A DNA stretch of 64,000 nucleotides from an uncultured Chloroflexia bacterium (GTDB lineage Bacteria; Chloroflexota; Limnocylindria; Limnocylindrales; CSP1-4): contig CAVVNQ010000007.1 in assembly GCA_963749705.1 (NCBI GenBank), positions 179,135 through 243,134 on the forward strand, written 5' to 3'. The position numbers and the translations under genes were made by a program. Positions 51,064 through 60,634 of the stretch are shown here, piece after piece (position 1 is the first letter of the stretch; each line of letters begins with the position of its first letter). The notes under the pieces were generated by a model. It saw nothing but the letters and a program-made list of their open reading frames with translations, did no database searches and had not been told where the DNA came from.

Positions 51064-51921
51064 GTGCGTGCCGCCGGCGCGGAGCTCGTCGAGAGCCGGG
51101 AGTTCGTCCCGGGGCAGTGGCGGCAGGTGTGGCATGCCCCGACGGTCGTCTCGGGAGCGCGAGCCGGCCAGTACCTCCACGTCCGGTCCGCCGACGCGCT
51201 CGGATTCCCGCTGCGCCGTCCGTACCCCATCGCGACCGCCGACCCCGCCAGCGGGACGCTCACGATCCAGGTCGCGGCCGGCACCCGAACCGGCGACCGG
51301 CTGCTGCGCCTGCGACCGGGGGATCCGGGCGACCTGATCGGGCCGCTTGGCCGGCCGTTCGAGGTGGATCCGCGATCCCGGCACCTGTTGCTGATCGCCG
51401 AGGGACCGTCGATCGCCGGGCTCCGGATGCTGATCGACGAGGCGATCCGTGGCGGCCGATCCGTGGTCCTCCTGTACGGCGCGAGATCCTCCGCTGCCGT
51501 GTATCCGTCGAGCCTGCTGCCCGACGAGGTCGAGTACGCGGTCGCGACGGCCGATGGCTCGCTGGGATACCAGGGGCCGGTTACGGACCTCATGCTCGAG
51601 TACGAGGCCTGGGCGGACCAGTCGTTCGCGTGCGGGCCGCCGCCGATGCTGGCCACCGTAGCGGGGCTCGCAAGTGGGCGGCGGCAGCGCCTGGGCGTCG
51701 CCACGCTGGGCCGCAAGCGCGGCGGCGGGCGACCGATCCCCGCAGGATCCGCGGAGGCTCGACGCAAGGCGTTCCTCCAGGTCGCGCTCGACCAGTCCAT
51801 CGGCTGCGCGGCCGGCTCGTGCCAGGGCTGCGTCGTCGAAGGCGCGAACGGTCCGGTCCGGGTGTGCCGCGAGGGGCCGGTGTTCGCCGCGGGCGAGCTC
51901 GATTGGGGAGAGCCCTCGTGA
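51064..51921 (+). CDS. pyrK: Dihydroorotate dehydrogenase electron transfer subunit
   Basis: AGQY, LRRPY, GPLGRPF, ACGPPPML, CAAGSCQGC..VCREGPVF; start approximate. Confidence 0.85.
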   Translation: MRAAGAELVESREFVPGQWRQVWHAPTVVSGARAGQYLHVRSADALGFPLRRPYPIATADPASGTLTIQVAAGTRTGDRLLRLRPGDPGDLIGPLGRPFEVDPRSRHLLLIAEGPSIAGLRMLIDEAIRGGRSVVLLYGARSSAAVYPSSLLPDEVEYAVATADGSLGYQGPVTDLMLEYEAWADQSFACGPPPMLATVAGLASGRRQRLGVATLGRKRGGGRPIPAGSAEARRKAFLQVALDQSIGCAAGSCQGCVVEGANGPVRVCREGPVFAAGELDWGEPS

Positions 51922-53075
51922 AGGCGCGGCGACGGGTCGTCCCGGGGATGCCGCCGCGCCGCACGCCGACCGTACGCCGGGTCAAGTCCGCGATCACGCC
52001 CGTCTCGCGGGCCCCGAGGGTGTCGCCCGGGGTGGCTCGTCCCGACGCCGGGACCACGGACGAGGGCCGGGGCGCCGACGGCACGGGGACGACCGCCGTC
52101 GACCTGCTGGGCGGACGGCCGGTCGCGCTCGAGGTCGATCTGGGGCGCGGGCTCGTGCTGCGCAACCCGGTGATCGCGGCCGCCGGACCGTTCGGCTACG
52201 GGGTCGAGCTCGCCGACCTCGTCGACCTCGACCGGCTGGGCGGGATCGTCACCCGTGGCACGACGCTGAAGCCGCGCGGCGGGCATGGGGCGCCGCGGAC
52301 CGCCGAGGTGCCATCGGGCCTGCTGGTCGGGATCGGGATGCAGAACTCGGGGATCGATGTCGTTCTGGAACGCTACGCCCAGGCGTGGGCGGCCTGGCAC
52401 GTCCCGGTGATCCTCAACCTGTGCGCGGAATCGGTTGGCGACATGCTCGAGTGCGTCCGGCGGCTGGAGGGCGTGCCCGGGATCGCCGGGATCGAGGTCA
52501 ACCTCTCCTGCGCGGGCGGACGCGGCGGCGCCATGTGGGGGCTCGACGAAGGGTCGGCCGGGTCGCTCATCGCCGCAGTCCGACGGGCGACCGAGCTGCC
52601 GGTGATCGCCAAGCTCACCGCGTCGGCCGCGGACGTGCGGTCGATCGCGCACGCCTGCGAGGATGCCGGCGCGGACGCGATCAGCGCGATCAACACGTTG
52701 CCGGGGTTGATGGTCTCGGGCGACCGGCTGGGACCGGCGCTCGGCAGCGGCTACGGGGGGATCAGCGGCCCCGCCCTCAAGCCGGTGGCGCTGCGCGTCG
52801 TGTACGAGGTCGCCCAGGTCGTCGACGTGCCAGTGATCGGGATCGGTGGCGTGGCGACCGTCGAGGACGTGCTCGACCTGCTCGCGGTCGGCGCCGTCGC
52901 GGTCGGGGTGGGCGTCGCCGTGCTCGCGGATCCAATGCTCCCGGTCCGCCTCGCCGACGAGCTCGCGGACGCGTGCCGCGCACGTGGGCTGGCGTCGGTC
53001 GCCGATCTGGTTGGGACGGCGCTGCCCGGGCGCTCGGCGCCACCATCGACGAAGGGCGCCGAGCACGCGCGCTGA
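51918..53075 (+). CDS. pyrD: Dihydroorotate dehydrogenase family 1B catalytic subunit (divergent)
   Basis: LRNPVIAAAGPFGYG, EVNLSC, PVIAKL, AINT, GGISGPALKPVALR, IGIGG. Confidence 0.85.
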   Translation: MKARRRVVPGMPPRRTPTVRRVKSAITPVSRAPRVSPGVARPDAGTTDEGRGADGTGTTAVDLLGGRPVALEVDLGRGLVLRNPVIAAAGPFGYGVELADLVDLDRLGGIVTRGTTLKPRGGHGAPRTAEVPSGLLVGIGMQNSGIDVVLERYAQAWAAWHVPVILNLCAESVGDMLECVRRLEGVPGIAGIEVNLSCAGGRGGAMWGLDEGSAGSLIAAVRRATELPVIAKLTASAADVRSIAHACEDAGADAISAINTLPGLMVSGDRLGPALGSGYGGISGPALKPVALRVVYEVAQVVDVPVIGIGGVATVEDVLDLLAVGAVAVGVGVAVLADPMLPVRLADELADACRARGLASVADLVGTALPGRSAPPSTKGAEHAR

Positions 53076-53182
53076 GGCGCCGCCTTCCTCGCCTGCTGCG
53101 CCACGGGCGAACCGTCCGCCCGTCACGCGAAGATCGCGTGAACCGATGCCCCGCCCGATGACTCTTGTCTGGTAGGAGGGCA

Positions 53183-53731
53183 ATGACGGCGGACGAGGAC
53201 CCGGAACGCATCGCGCGGGCCCGGACCGGCGACGCCGCCGCGTTCGAAGCCCTCGTGGAGGCACGGGTCGGACCGATGACGCGCACGGCGATGGCGATCC
53301 TTGGACGCGAGGACCAGGCGCGCGATGCGGTCCAGGATGCATTGCTCGCCGCCTGGCGGGAGCTGGCATCGCTGCGTGACCCGGGCGCCTTCGACGCCTG
53401 GCTGACGCGGATCCTCGTCCATCGCTGCCGGCGTGTCGGGCGCGGTGACAGCGCGCGACGCCTCCGGGAGATCCCGCTCGACTCGCTCGGGCCCGCCGAT
53501 GAGCCCGCCGGCTCCGATCCCGGGACGACGGACGACCGCCACGCGCTCGAGCGCGCCTTTGCGCGGTTGTCGATCGACGAGCGATCGGTCCTGGTGCTCC
53601 ACCACCTCGATGGCCGACCGCTCGCGGACATCGCCGCCGCCCTGGAGATCCCGGTGGGGACGGCGAAGTCGCGGCTGTTCGCCGCGCGGCGCGCGCTGGA
53701 GCGATCGCTTGCCCGGGAGTCGACCCGATGA
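53183..53731 (+). CDS. ECF RNA polymerase sigma factor
   Basis: AGGAGG RBS; ARDAVQDALLAAW, FDAWLTRI, EIPVGTAKSRL; TGAACC-N15-GACTC upstream. Confidence 0.92.
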   Translation: MTADEDPERIARARTGDAAAFEALVEARVGPMTRTAMAILGREDQARDAVQDALLAAWRELASLRDPGAFDAWLTRILVHRCRRVGRGDSARRLREIPLDSLGPADEPAGSDPGTTDDRHALERAFARLSIDERSVLVLHHLDGRPLADIAAALEIPVGTAKSRLFAARRALERSLARESTR

Positions 53732-55476
53732 CCGCGCCGCTCGAGGACCGCGACATTCGCGCGATGCTCGAGGTGCGCGCCGATCGGGCTGACCCTGCGA
53801 TTGCTGCGAGGATCCGGGCGGCCGTCGCCGCGCAGATCGAGCGACGGGGACCAGCCCTGGACGTGCCCGTGCGACCCGTCGTGATCGACCGACCCGTGAT
53901 GCGCCGGCGCCCGTGGTGGCTCGCAGGGCTCGCAACCGCGCTTGTCGTCGCGCTCGGCGTCGCGCTGGGCGGGCTGCTGGTCGCCGGCCCGCCGTGGACC
54001 CGTGACGGAACGTCGGGGAGCGAAAGCCCCGCCGCCGGGGGATCGCCTGCAGCATCCGCCGATGGGCCGTCGCCCGTCTCCGTGCCGGCGGAGCTGACGG
54101 TCGGTGCGTTCCGGGCGGACCTCGCGATCGGGCGGCTCAGCGGCCGGATCGTGCTGCTGACCGGGACGCTGACCGTCACGCCGATGGCATGTCTCGGTCC
54201 GGCCGCATGCCAGTCGATCGAGATCGCGGGCCTCGACGGCGTGAGGATCTCCTACTGGTCGCCGACCGCGAGCTCTGCGGACGTGCACGCCGCGATCGTC
54301 GCCCACCCCGGCCCGGTCCTGATGGCGTTCCGGGTCGATGTCGCGGACCTCGTGCTCCTCGGCTGGCCGCTCCAGCCGCCCACGGCCGCGCTGGCCGTCA
54401 CGGAGCTCACCGATCCGGCGAGCGGCATCAGTGGCGACGACCTCGCCGTCGCCGGCGGCTGGCTGGTCGGCGGATCGCCGACGATCGAGTGCCCGACGGC
54501 GACGATTCCGTTTCGCTGTCCCGGTGTCGAGCCCTGGCTGACGAACGAGCCGCCGCGGTCGGACGGCACGCCAAAGGTGACCAACGGGATGGTGAGCGTG
54601 AGCGTCGGTGCGTCGGTGGACGTGGGGTCCGCACCAGCCGGAGTCTCAGGCCCGTTCCTGGTCCGGTCCATCGCGGTTCGGGGCGGGGCGTCGCCATTCC
54701 AGGTGATCGCCCGCCTGGATCCGGCAACCACGATCTCGCTGGGCGCTATCCGGCCGCCGGAGCCGAGCGGGTCGGGCACGATCTCCGAGGCGATGTCGGC
54801 GGCGGAGCTCCGGGCGGGTCTGGCCGACGGGTCGCTCACCGGTCGCCTGATCCTGGTCGATGGAAGCCTCCTGTCGGTCGCGTCGCCGCCGTGCTCGGTG
54901 ACGCGAGGGCCGGAGTGCGTGACCCTGTACCTGCGCGGCCTCGAAGGGGTCCTGGTGCAGGCCGAGCAGCCGCTCGCCAGCATCGTCGACACCCCGGTGC
55001 CGACAAGCGGTCACCTCCTGTTCCGCGCCGGACCCGGTCTGCTCACGTACCTCGGCCGACCCCCGGAGCGACTCGACGCGCCCGTCAGCGCGACGCAGCT
55101 GCTGGGGACCGCGAACGCCCCCGGCTCGGACGTGCTGTCGGTCGTGTCCGGCTGGCTCGTGGTGGGCGGGATCCACTCCTGCCCGTTCGAGCCCGCGGGC
55201 GCCACGCCGTGCCCCGGACCGCCGCCCTGGCTGACGGACGACCGCCCATTCGATGACGGCATGCTCGCGAGCAACGACGGATCGAACGTCGCGCTCACGC
55301 CGACCATGTCCCGGCAGACGGTCGGGCAGATCGTCACCCGGGGCCCGTTCCTGGTGCGACGAATCTGGAAGACCGCGATCTGCGACGCGCCGGCCGGGGT
55401 GGACTGCCCCGGGGCGCAGTGGCAGATCGTCGCAGCGTTCGACCCGCAGGAAGTCGTGCGCGCCCAGGTCCCGTAG
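53728..55476 (+). CDS. Putative anti-sigma/sensor membrane protein with duplicated Cys-pair extracellular domains
   Basis: Coupled to the sigma gene; single TM; two repeats (GxLSGRIVLLxG..C..C; GWLVxG..CP..CPG..PWLT..GPFLVR). Confidence 0.6.
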   Translation: MTAPLEDRDIRAMLEVRADRADPAIAARIRAAVAAQIERRGPALDVPVRPVVIDRPVMRRRPWWLAGLATALVVALGVALGGLLVAGPPWTRDGTSGSESPAAGGSPAASADGPSPVSVPAELTVGAFRADLAIGRLSGRIVLLTGTLTVTPMACLGPAACQSIEIAGLDGVRISYWSPTASSADVHAAIVAHPGPVLMAFRVDVADLVLLGWPLQPPTAALAVTELTDPASGISGDDLAVAGGWLVGGSPTIECPTATIPFRCPGVEPWLTNEPPRSDGTPKVTNGMVSVSVGASVDVGSAPAGVSGPFLVRSIAVRGGASPFQVIARLDPATTISLGAIRPPEPSGSGTISEAMSAAELRAGLADGSLTGRLILVDGSLLSVASPPCSVTRGPECVTLYLRGLEGVLVQAEQPLASIVDTPVPTSGHLLFRAGPGLLTYLGRPPERLDAPVSATQLLGTANAPGSDVLSVVSGWLVVGGIHSCPFEPAGATPCPGPPPWLTDDRPFDDGMLASNDGSNVALTPTMSRQTVGQIVTRGPFLVRRIWKTAICDAPAGVDCPGAQWQIVAAFDPQEVVRAQVP

Positions 55477-55503
55477 GGCGCCTGCTCTGCGTGCCCGGTT
55501 GGC

Positions 55504-55687
55504 CGTGGCCCTGCAGGCCACGAAATCGCCAGCCGGGAGTGGCATGAAGCTCATTCGTGGCCGGTTGGCGCGATTCCGTGGCGCCCCGGACCACACGAAC
55601 GGCCCGGTGGGCGGGAATCTCGGTGCCAATTGGGGTTTCATGGCGCCGGACGCCACGCTCGGAGCGCCGCCGGACGCCACGCTCGGA
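55504..55687. repeat. Intergenic palindromes and 20-bp direct repeat (REP-like)
   Basis: CGTGGCC-CTGCA-GGCCACG hairpin; GCCACGAAATCGCCAGCCGG pairs with 55561-55582; CGCCGGACGCCACGCTCGGA at 55644 and 55668. Confidence 0.6.
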
Positions 55688-55773
55688 TCGCGCGCCGAGG
55701 CCCTGGCCGGCAAACCGGTTCGCGCCCGCCCCGGCCGGCGTAGCGATCCGGGTCCTCGGACTAGAATCGCGGG

Positions 55774-56460
55774 GTGACCACCCTCAAGCACACCCAGGGC
55801 CTGGCCGCGCGCCGCGCGATCGCGGAGCGGACCGAGGCGCTGTTCCGCGCCAGCGGCGCGCTTCGGCGAGGGCACTTCATCCTCAAGAGCGGCCGCCACT
55901 CGGACGCGTACCTCGAGAAGTTCCAGGTGCTGCAGGATCCGGCCGTGACGAGCGAGCTGTGCGGGCTCTGGGCGGGCGCCCATCGCGATGACGCGGGTGC
56001 TGCGACCGTGGACCTGGTCGCCGGCCCGACCACCGGCGGCGTGATCCTGGCGTTCGAGACGGGGCGCCAGCTGGGAACCCGCGCGATCTTCGCCGAGGAG
56101 GTGGCCGCCGAGCCCGGCACCGCCCCGCGCCGCGAGTTCCGGCGCGGCTTCACGATCGCGCCCGGCGAGCGGGTCCTGCTGGTCGACGACATCCTCACCA
56201 CGGGTGGGTCGCTGCTCGCAACGATCCCGGCCGTCGAGGCGGCTGGCGGCGAGATCGTGGAGTGCGCGGTCCTGGTCGACCGCTCCGGCGGCATGGCGTC
56301 GCTGACGTCGCCGGCGACCGGCCGCGTCTACCCGCTGCGTGCGCTGTGGCAGCTGGAGCTGCCGACGTGGGATCCGGGTCCCGCGGCGTGTCCCCGGTGC
56401 GCCGCGGGCGACGACGCCGTCAAGCCGGGCAGCGGCGGCACGGGCCTGGCGCCCAGATGA
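55774..56460 (+). CDS. pyrE: Orotate phosphoribosyltransferase
   Basis: GHFILKSGRHSDAYLEK, LVDDILTTGGS, LVDRS, CPRC..KPGS. Confidence 0.93.
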   Translation: MTTLKHTQGLAARRAIAERTEALFRASGALRRGHFILKSGRHSDAYLEKFQVLQDPAVTSELCGLWAGAHRDDAGAATVDLVAGPTTGGVILAFETGRQLGTRAIFAEEVAAEPGTAPRREFRRGFTIAPGERVLLVDDILTTGGSLLATIPAVEAAGGEIVECAVLVDRSGGMASLTSPATGRVYPLRALWQLELPTWDPGPAACPRCAAGDDAVKPGSGGTGLAPR

Positions 56461-56864
56461 TCGGTGCCCGGCGCGCGGCCGCGACGCTCGCCGTCGCGAT
56501 CACGCTGGCGGTCGCGGCGGTCTCGTGCACCCCATCGGCGACGTCGACGCCCGGCCCGGCGGGCTCAGGGTCCATCGGCTCGCCGCTCGCGGAGACCCCC
56601 GGGGCCAGCGATCCGGTACCCGCGTCACCGGTCACCGGCATCCTGACCGGGATCGAGTCATCGGGGCTCACGAAGGTGACCGGGTTCAGCCTCCGGACGG
56701 CCGACGGCCGGGAGGTCAGCTTCCGGATCGGGATCCTCGAGAACGGCGCGCAGTTCCCGCCCGGGCACCTTGCCGAGCACCTCGCGACGTCCTCGCCGGT
56801 TCGCGTGTTCTTCCGCGTCGAGGATGGCGATCTCGTCGTGTACCGCCTGGAGGACGCCAGCTAG
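56457..56864 (+). CDS. Hypothetical lipoprotein (OB-fold-like)
   Basis: Lipobox-like AVSC, S/T/P linker, GHLAEH motif; ATGA overlap with pyrE. Confidence 0.65.
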   Translation: MIGARRAAATLAVAITLAVAAVSCTPSATSTPGPAGSGSIGSPLAETPGASDPVPASPVTGILTGIESSGLTKVTGFSLRTADGREVSFRIGILENGAQFPPGHLAEHLATSSPVRVFFRVEDGDLVVYRLEDAS

Positions 56865-56960
56865 GCGGGTCGGCCGGCAACCGGCGTGGCGGCGGGCCGC
56901 GATGGATGGTTGCGCGAGGCGGGCAATCGGGCGCGGCCATCCGGTCGGCCGACGCCGGGG

Positions 56961-57908
56961 TCAGGAGCCGGCGATGTCCGCGATCGCCGCCTTGAGCTCG
57001 TCCACCCCGACCACGCCCTCGAACGAGCCCCGGATGATGCCGTCGCGATCGACGCTGAAGATCCACGGCTCGGACAGGAGGCCCCACTGGTTGACGGCCT
57101 CGACCGGCTGGAGCTGCCCGTTCGCGTCGAGCACCGGCTGCAGCCGGCCTTCGGTGAACTGCAGCTGGTACGGCTCGACGTTGATGAACGCGACGCTCTT
57201 GGGTGAGGCTTGGGCGACCGACTTGACCCGGTCCAGGGTGGGGCCGCACTGGGCGCTCACGCAGAACGCGGGCGTGGCGAACACGACCACGAACGGCCGG
57301 TGCTGCGCGATGGCGTCGGCGATCGAGAGCTGGTAGAAGGCCGGATCCGGGCTGGGGTCGGTGGCGATCTTGGCCAGGTCACCGCCCACGTCTGCGGCCG
57401 TCGGTGTGTCCGATGCCGGTGCCTTCGCGCCCACGGCCACCGTCGTGCCCGTCTGCTGGACATCGAAGCCGACGGAGATCGATTCCTCGGGCTCCCCGGG
57501 CGCCGCCGTCGTGAACACGGCCTTCCAGCTGCCGGCAACCAGGAAGTCGACCGTCGCCACGTAGTCGCCGCGGGAGCCCTCGATCGCCCATACGAACTTC
57601 GCCGCGGTCGGCGGGCCTGGCTCGGTCTTGCCGGGCGCGACGAACGCGACCGACGCGGTGCGATCCGGGGCGGACACGGGCTTGGTGCCGGTCGAGTCGA
57701 GGAACGAGAACAGGAACCGGTTGTGACCGACGACCTCCTGCGAGCTGACGATGATCGGGATCACCGATGCCTGCGCGGCCGAGCTCCCCGGCGGCCCGGG
57801 CGTCGGGCCGGAGGATCCGGCGGGCTGGGAGCCCCCGCACGCGGCGACCGCGAGCGCGACGAGGACCATGATCGGAACGGCGGAACGGCGGAACGGACGG
57901 CGTGACAT
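56961..57908 (-). CDS. Lipoprotein with Ig-like and thioredoxin-like domains
   Basis: Lipobox VAAC; FATPAFCVSAQCGP, EPWIFSVDRDG. Confidence 0.7.
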   Translation of the reverse strand: MSRRPFRRSAVPIMVLVALAVAACGGSQPAGSSGPTPGPPGSSAAQASVIPIIVSSQEVVGHNRFLFSFLDSTGTKPVSAPDRTASVAFVAPGKTEPGPPTAAKFVWAIEGSRGDYVATVDFLVAGSWKAVFTTAAPGEPEESISVGFDVQQTGTTVAVGAKAPASDTPTAADVGGDLAKIATDPSPDPAFYQLSIADAIAQHRPFVVVFATPAFCVSAQCGPTLDRVKSVAQASPKSVAFINVEPYQLQFTEGRLQPVLDANGQLQPVEAVNQWGLLSEPWIFSVDRDGIIRGSFEGVVGVDELKAAIADIAGS

Positions 57909-58066
57909 GCGATCCAGCGTAGCCCCGGCCGCCCAGATCCGCCGGGAACGAGGTGACGCATCGACGCGACCGAGCGAGGGCGGCACAGTGAGGTCGGGCG
58001 CGCGGTGGCCCGACCGGGGCGCCCGGCCCGACCGCCCAAAGCCGGGCCACGAGGACGACGCGTAGA

Positions 58067-60007
58067 ATGTCGGCGGCTTCCCGGGATGCGCCTGCTCCCG
58101 CAGCCCCCGTCCCGGAGGACGATCGCCCCACCGTGACCCGCTTCCAGAAGCTCGCCGCCGCCACCGTGGTCACGACCGTCCTGCTCGTCACCATCGGCGT
58201 GATCGTGCGCGCGACCGGCTCGGGGATGGGCTGTCCGGACTGGCCGCTGTGCCACGGCCAGGTGATCCCACCGGTCGACGACTACAAGGCGTGGCTGGAG
58301 TGGATCCACCGGACCGTCGCGGCGATCATCGGCTTCGAGATCCTGGGCCTCGCCTGGGTTGCCTTCCGCGACCATCGCGACAACCGGACGATCACCTCGA
58401 TGTCGCTGGTCGCCATCCTGCTGGTCGGTTTCCAGGCATGGCTCGGCCGCGAGACCGTCCGGCTCAACAACTCGGGCGAGTCGGTCACCGCCCATCTCGC
58501 GTCGGCGATGGCGCTGCTGGGGCTGCTGGTGTTCATCCTGGTCCGCAGCTACTACCCGGCCCGGATCGGGGGAAGGGGAGCGAGCCAGCGGTTCACGCTG
58601 CTGGCGGCGTTCACCGCGGCGGCGGTGTTCGCGCTGCTCCTGTTCGGCTCGAACGTGACGGCGACCTCGCAGTGGTACGTGTTCCCGGACTGGCCGCTGA
58701 TGAACGGGTCGCTGTTCCCGCCGCTCACCGATGCCAACACCGCGCACGTCCTCCACCGCTGGGTCGCCGGCGTGGTCGGCGTCATCGTGTGGCTGACCGC
58801 CCTGGCGGCGTGGCGCACCCAGCGATCTCGCCCCGTCGTGGTCTGGCTGGCGGTCTCGACGGCCGTCCTGTTCACGGTCCAGGCGGTCGTCGGTGGGCTC
58901 CAGGTCCTGACCGGGCTCGCCGAGTGGACGCAGACCCTCCACCTCGCGCTGGGCGCCGTGATCTGGGCGCTCCTGATGGCGCTCGTGGCGATCTCCTACT
59001 TCCGCGCCCGCACGGCGGCCGTGCCGGGCCCCGCGGGCGGCACGCCGCTCGAGGACGCACCCGGCGGGGGCCAGGACGCCGGCGCCGGCACTCACCGCAC
59101 CGCCGACACGATCCGGGCGTACGTGGCGCTGACCAAGCCCCGAATCATCGAGCTGCTGCTCATCACCACCGTGCCGGCGATGGTGCTGGCGACCCGGGAC
59201 CTGCCGGGGATGAACCTTCCCGAGTGGACCCGGCTCGTGTTCTGGACGATGCTGTGCGGCACCCTCGCGGCCGGCTCGGCGAACGCGATCAACCAGTATC
59301 TCGACCGCGACATCGACCTGCTCATGAGCCGCACCCGCCGCCGGCCACTGCCCGCACACGACGTGACCCCCGAGAACGCCGTCGTGTTCGGGATCGCGCT
59401 GGGCGCGGTGTCGATCGCGCTGATGGCCTGGCAGGTCAACCTGATCGCGGCGTTCCTGACGCTGCTCGCCATCGGCTTCTACGTCGTCGTGTACACGATC
59501 ATGCTCAAGCGCTCCACGCCCCAGAACATCGTCATCGGCGGCGCGGCGGGCGCGCTGCCACCGGTGATCGGCTGGGCCGCCGTGACCGGCCGGGTCGACG
59601 TCCCGGCGCTGCTGCTGTTCGCGCTGGTGTTCTACTGGACGCCGCCCCACTTCTGGGCCCTCGCGCTGCGGATCCGCAAGGACTACGAGGCGGCCCGGGT
59701 GCCGATGCTGCCGGTCGTCCGGGGCGTGCCCGAGACCGCGCGCCAGATCGCGCTGTACACGATCCTGCTGGTCGCGATCAGCCTGGTGTTCTTCGCCGTC
59801 GCGCACATGGGCCCGGTGTACCTGGTTGCCGCGCTGGGCCTCGGCGCGGTGTTCCTGTGGCGCGCGTTCACGCTGTGGCGACAGGCGGCGTCGCCCGAGG
59901 GCTCGCTGGCCCAGGCGATCCGGCTGTACCGATTCTCGATCAGCTACCTCACCCTGCTGTTCGTCGCGGTGGCGGTCGACACCCTGCTCATCGGGCAGCT
60001 CAGCTGA
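58067..60007 (+). CDS. ctaB: Fused heme A synthase (CtaA/COX15) - heme O synthase (CtaB/CyoE)
   Basis: GSGMGCPDWPLCHG, EWIHR; then LTKPRII, NQYLDRDID..MSRTRRRP, LKR.TPQNIVIGG, WTPPHFWAL; start may be GTG 58133. Confidence 0.93.
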   Translation: MSAASRDAPAPAAPVPEDDRPTVTRFQKLAAATVVTTVLLVTIGVIVRATGSGMGCPDWPLCHGQVIPPVDDYKAWLEWIHRTVAAIIGFEILGLAWVAFRDHRDNRTITSMSLVAILLVGFQAWLGRETVRLNNSGESVTAHLASAMALLGLLVFILVRSYYPARIGGRGASQRFTLLAAFTAAAVFALLLFGSNVTATSQWYVFPDWPLMNGSLFPPLTDANTAHVLHRWVAGVVGVIVWLTALAAWRTQRSRPVVVWLAVSTAVLFTVQAVVGGLQVLTGLAEWTQTLHLALGAVIWALLMALVAISYFRARTAAVPGPAGGTPLEDAPGGGQDAGAGTHRTADTIRAYVALTKPRIIELLLITTVPAMVLATRDLPGMNLPEWTRLVFWTMLCGTLAAGSANAINQYLDRDIDLLMSRTRRRPLPAHDVTPENAVVFGIALGAVSIALMAWQVNLIAAFLTLLAIGFYVVVYTIMLKRSTPQNIVIGGAAGALPPVIGWAAVTGRVDVPALLLFALVFYWTPPHFWALALRIRKDYEAARVPMLPVVRGVPETARQIALYTILLVAISLVFFAVAHMGPVYLVAALGLGAVFLWRAFTLWRQAASPEGSLAQAIRLYRFSISYLTLLFVAVAVDTLLIGQLS

Positions 60008-60015
60008 GCGCTCGG

Positions 60016-60612
60016 GTGGCGGCCCGTCGCGGCCCGTGGGGACGCCTCGCCGGCGCACCGGCGATCCTCGCGGCGCTCGCGCTGACGATGGCCATGCTCG
60101 GCGGACCGGCCGCGTCATCCGTCGCCGCATCGTGCGCGACGACGCCATCGATCGACGAGGCGGTGCTGCTGGGCGACGTGGTGTTCGTCGGCACGGTCCT
60201 GCGCACCGACAACGGCGGCCGCTGGGCGACGGTCAGGGTCGAGGAGCGCTGGAGCGGGGCGCGGTCGCTGGGCGAGACGGTCGTCGTGCACGGCGGACCC
60301 GAGCCCGGCACCGCGACCTCGATCGATCGAACCTATGTGACGACCCGGTATCTGTTCGTCGTCCGCCACGGGGACGGCGTCCTCGAGGACGACCAGTGCA
60401 CCGCCACGACGCCCTGGACGCCCGCCCTGGCGCGGCTCCGCCCGATCGACGTATCACCGGCGGCGGACGTGGTCGCGAACACGGCATCGACCCAGATCGA
60501 CCTCGAGCCGCTGCTGCCGGTGGTGGCCCTGGTCGGGGCGCTGGTGATCGCGGTGATCTCGTACCTGTTCGTCCTCCGCGCGCGGCAACGGCCGCCCGAC
60601 TGGATGCGCTAG
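60016..60612 (+). CDS. Hypothetical surface protein (TIMP/NTR-like) with C-terminal TM
   Basis: Signal peptide, ASC..DVVFVGTV..V...W.G..YL..C pattern, C-terminal TM. Confidence 0.6.
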   Translation: MAARRGPWGRLAGAPAILAALALTMAMLGGPAASSVAASCATTPSIDEAVLLGDVVFVGTVLRTDNGGRWATVRVEERWSGARSLGETVVVHGGPEPGTATSIDRTYVTTRYLFVVRHGDGVLEDDQCTATTPWTPALARLRPIDVSPAADVVANTASTQIDLEPLLPVVALVGALVIAVISYLFVLRARQRPPDWMR

Positions 60613-60634
60613 CGGGGGTTCCCGGCGCCCCCGG

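Noticed and set aside
49806-54179. Very long antisense or alternate-frame ORFs (1457 aa here; also 16624-18540 extension, 22091-24382, 57761-60148)
   Set aside because: R/P/G/A-rich shadow frames of real genes, expected at this GC content
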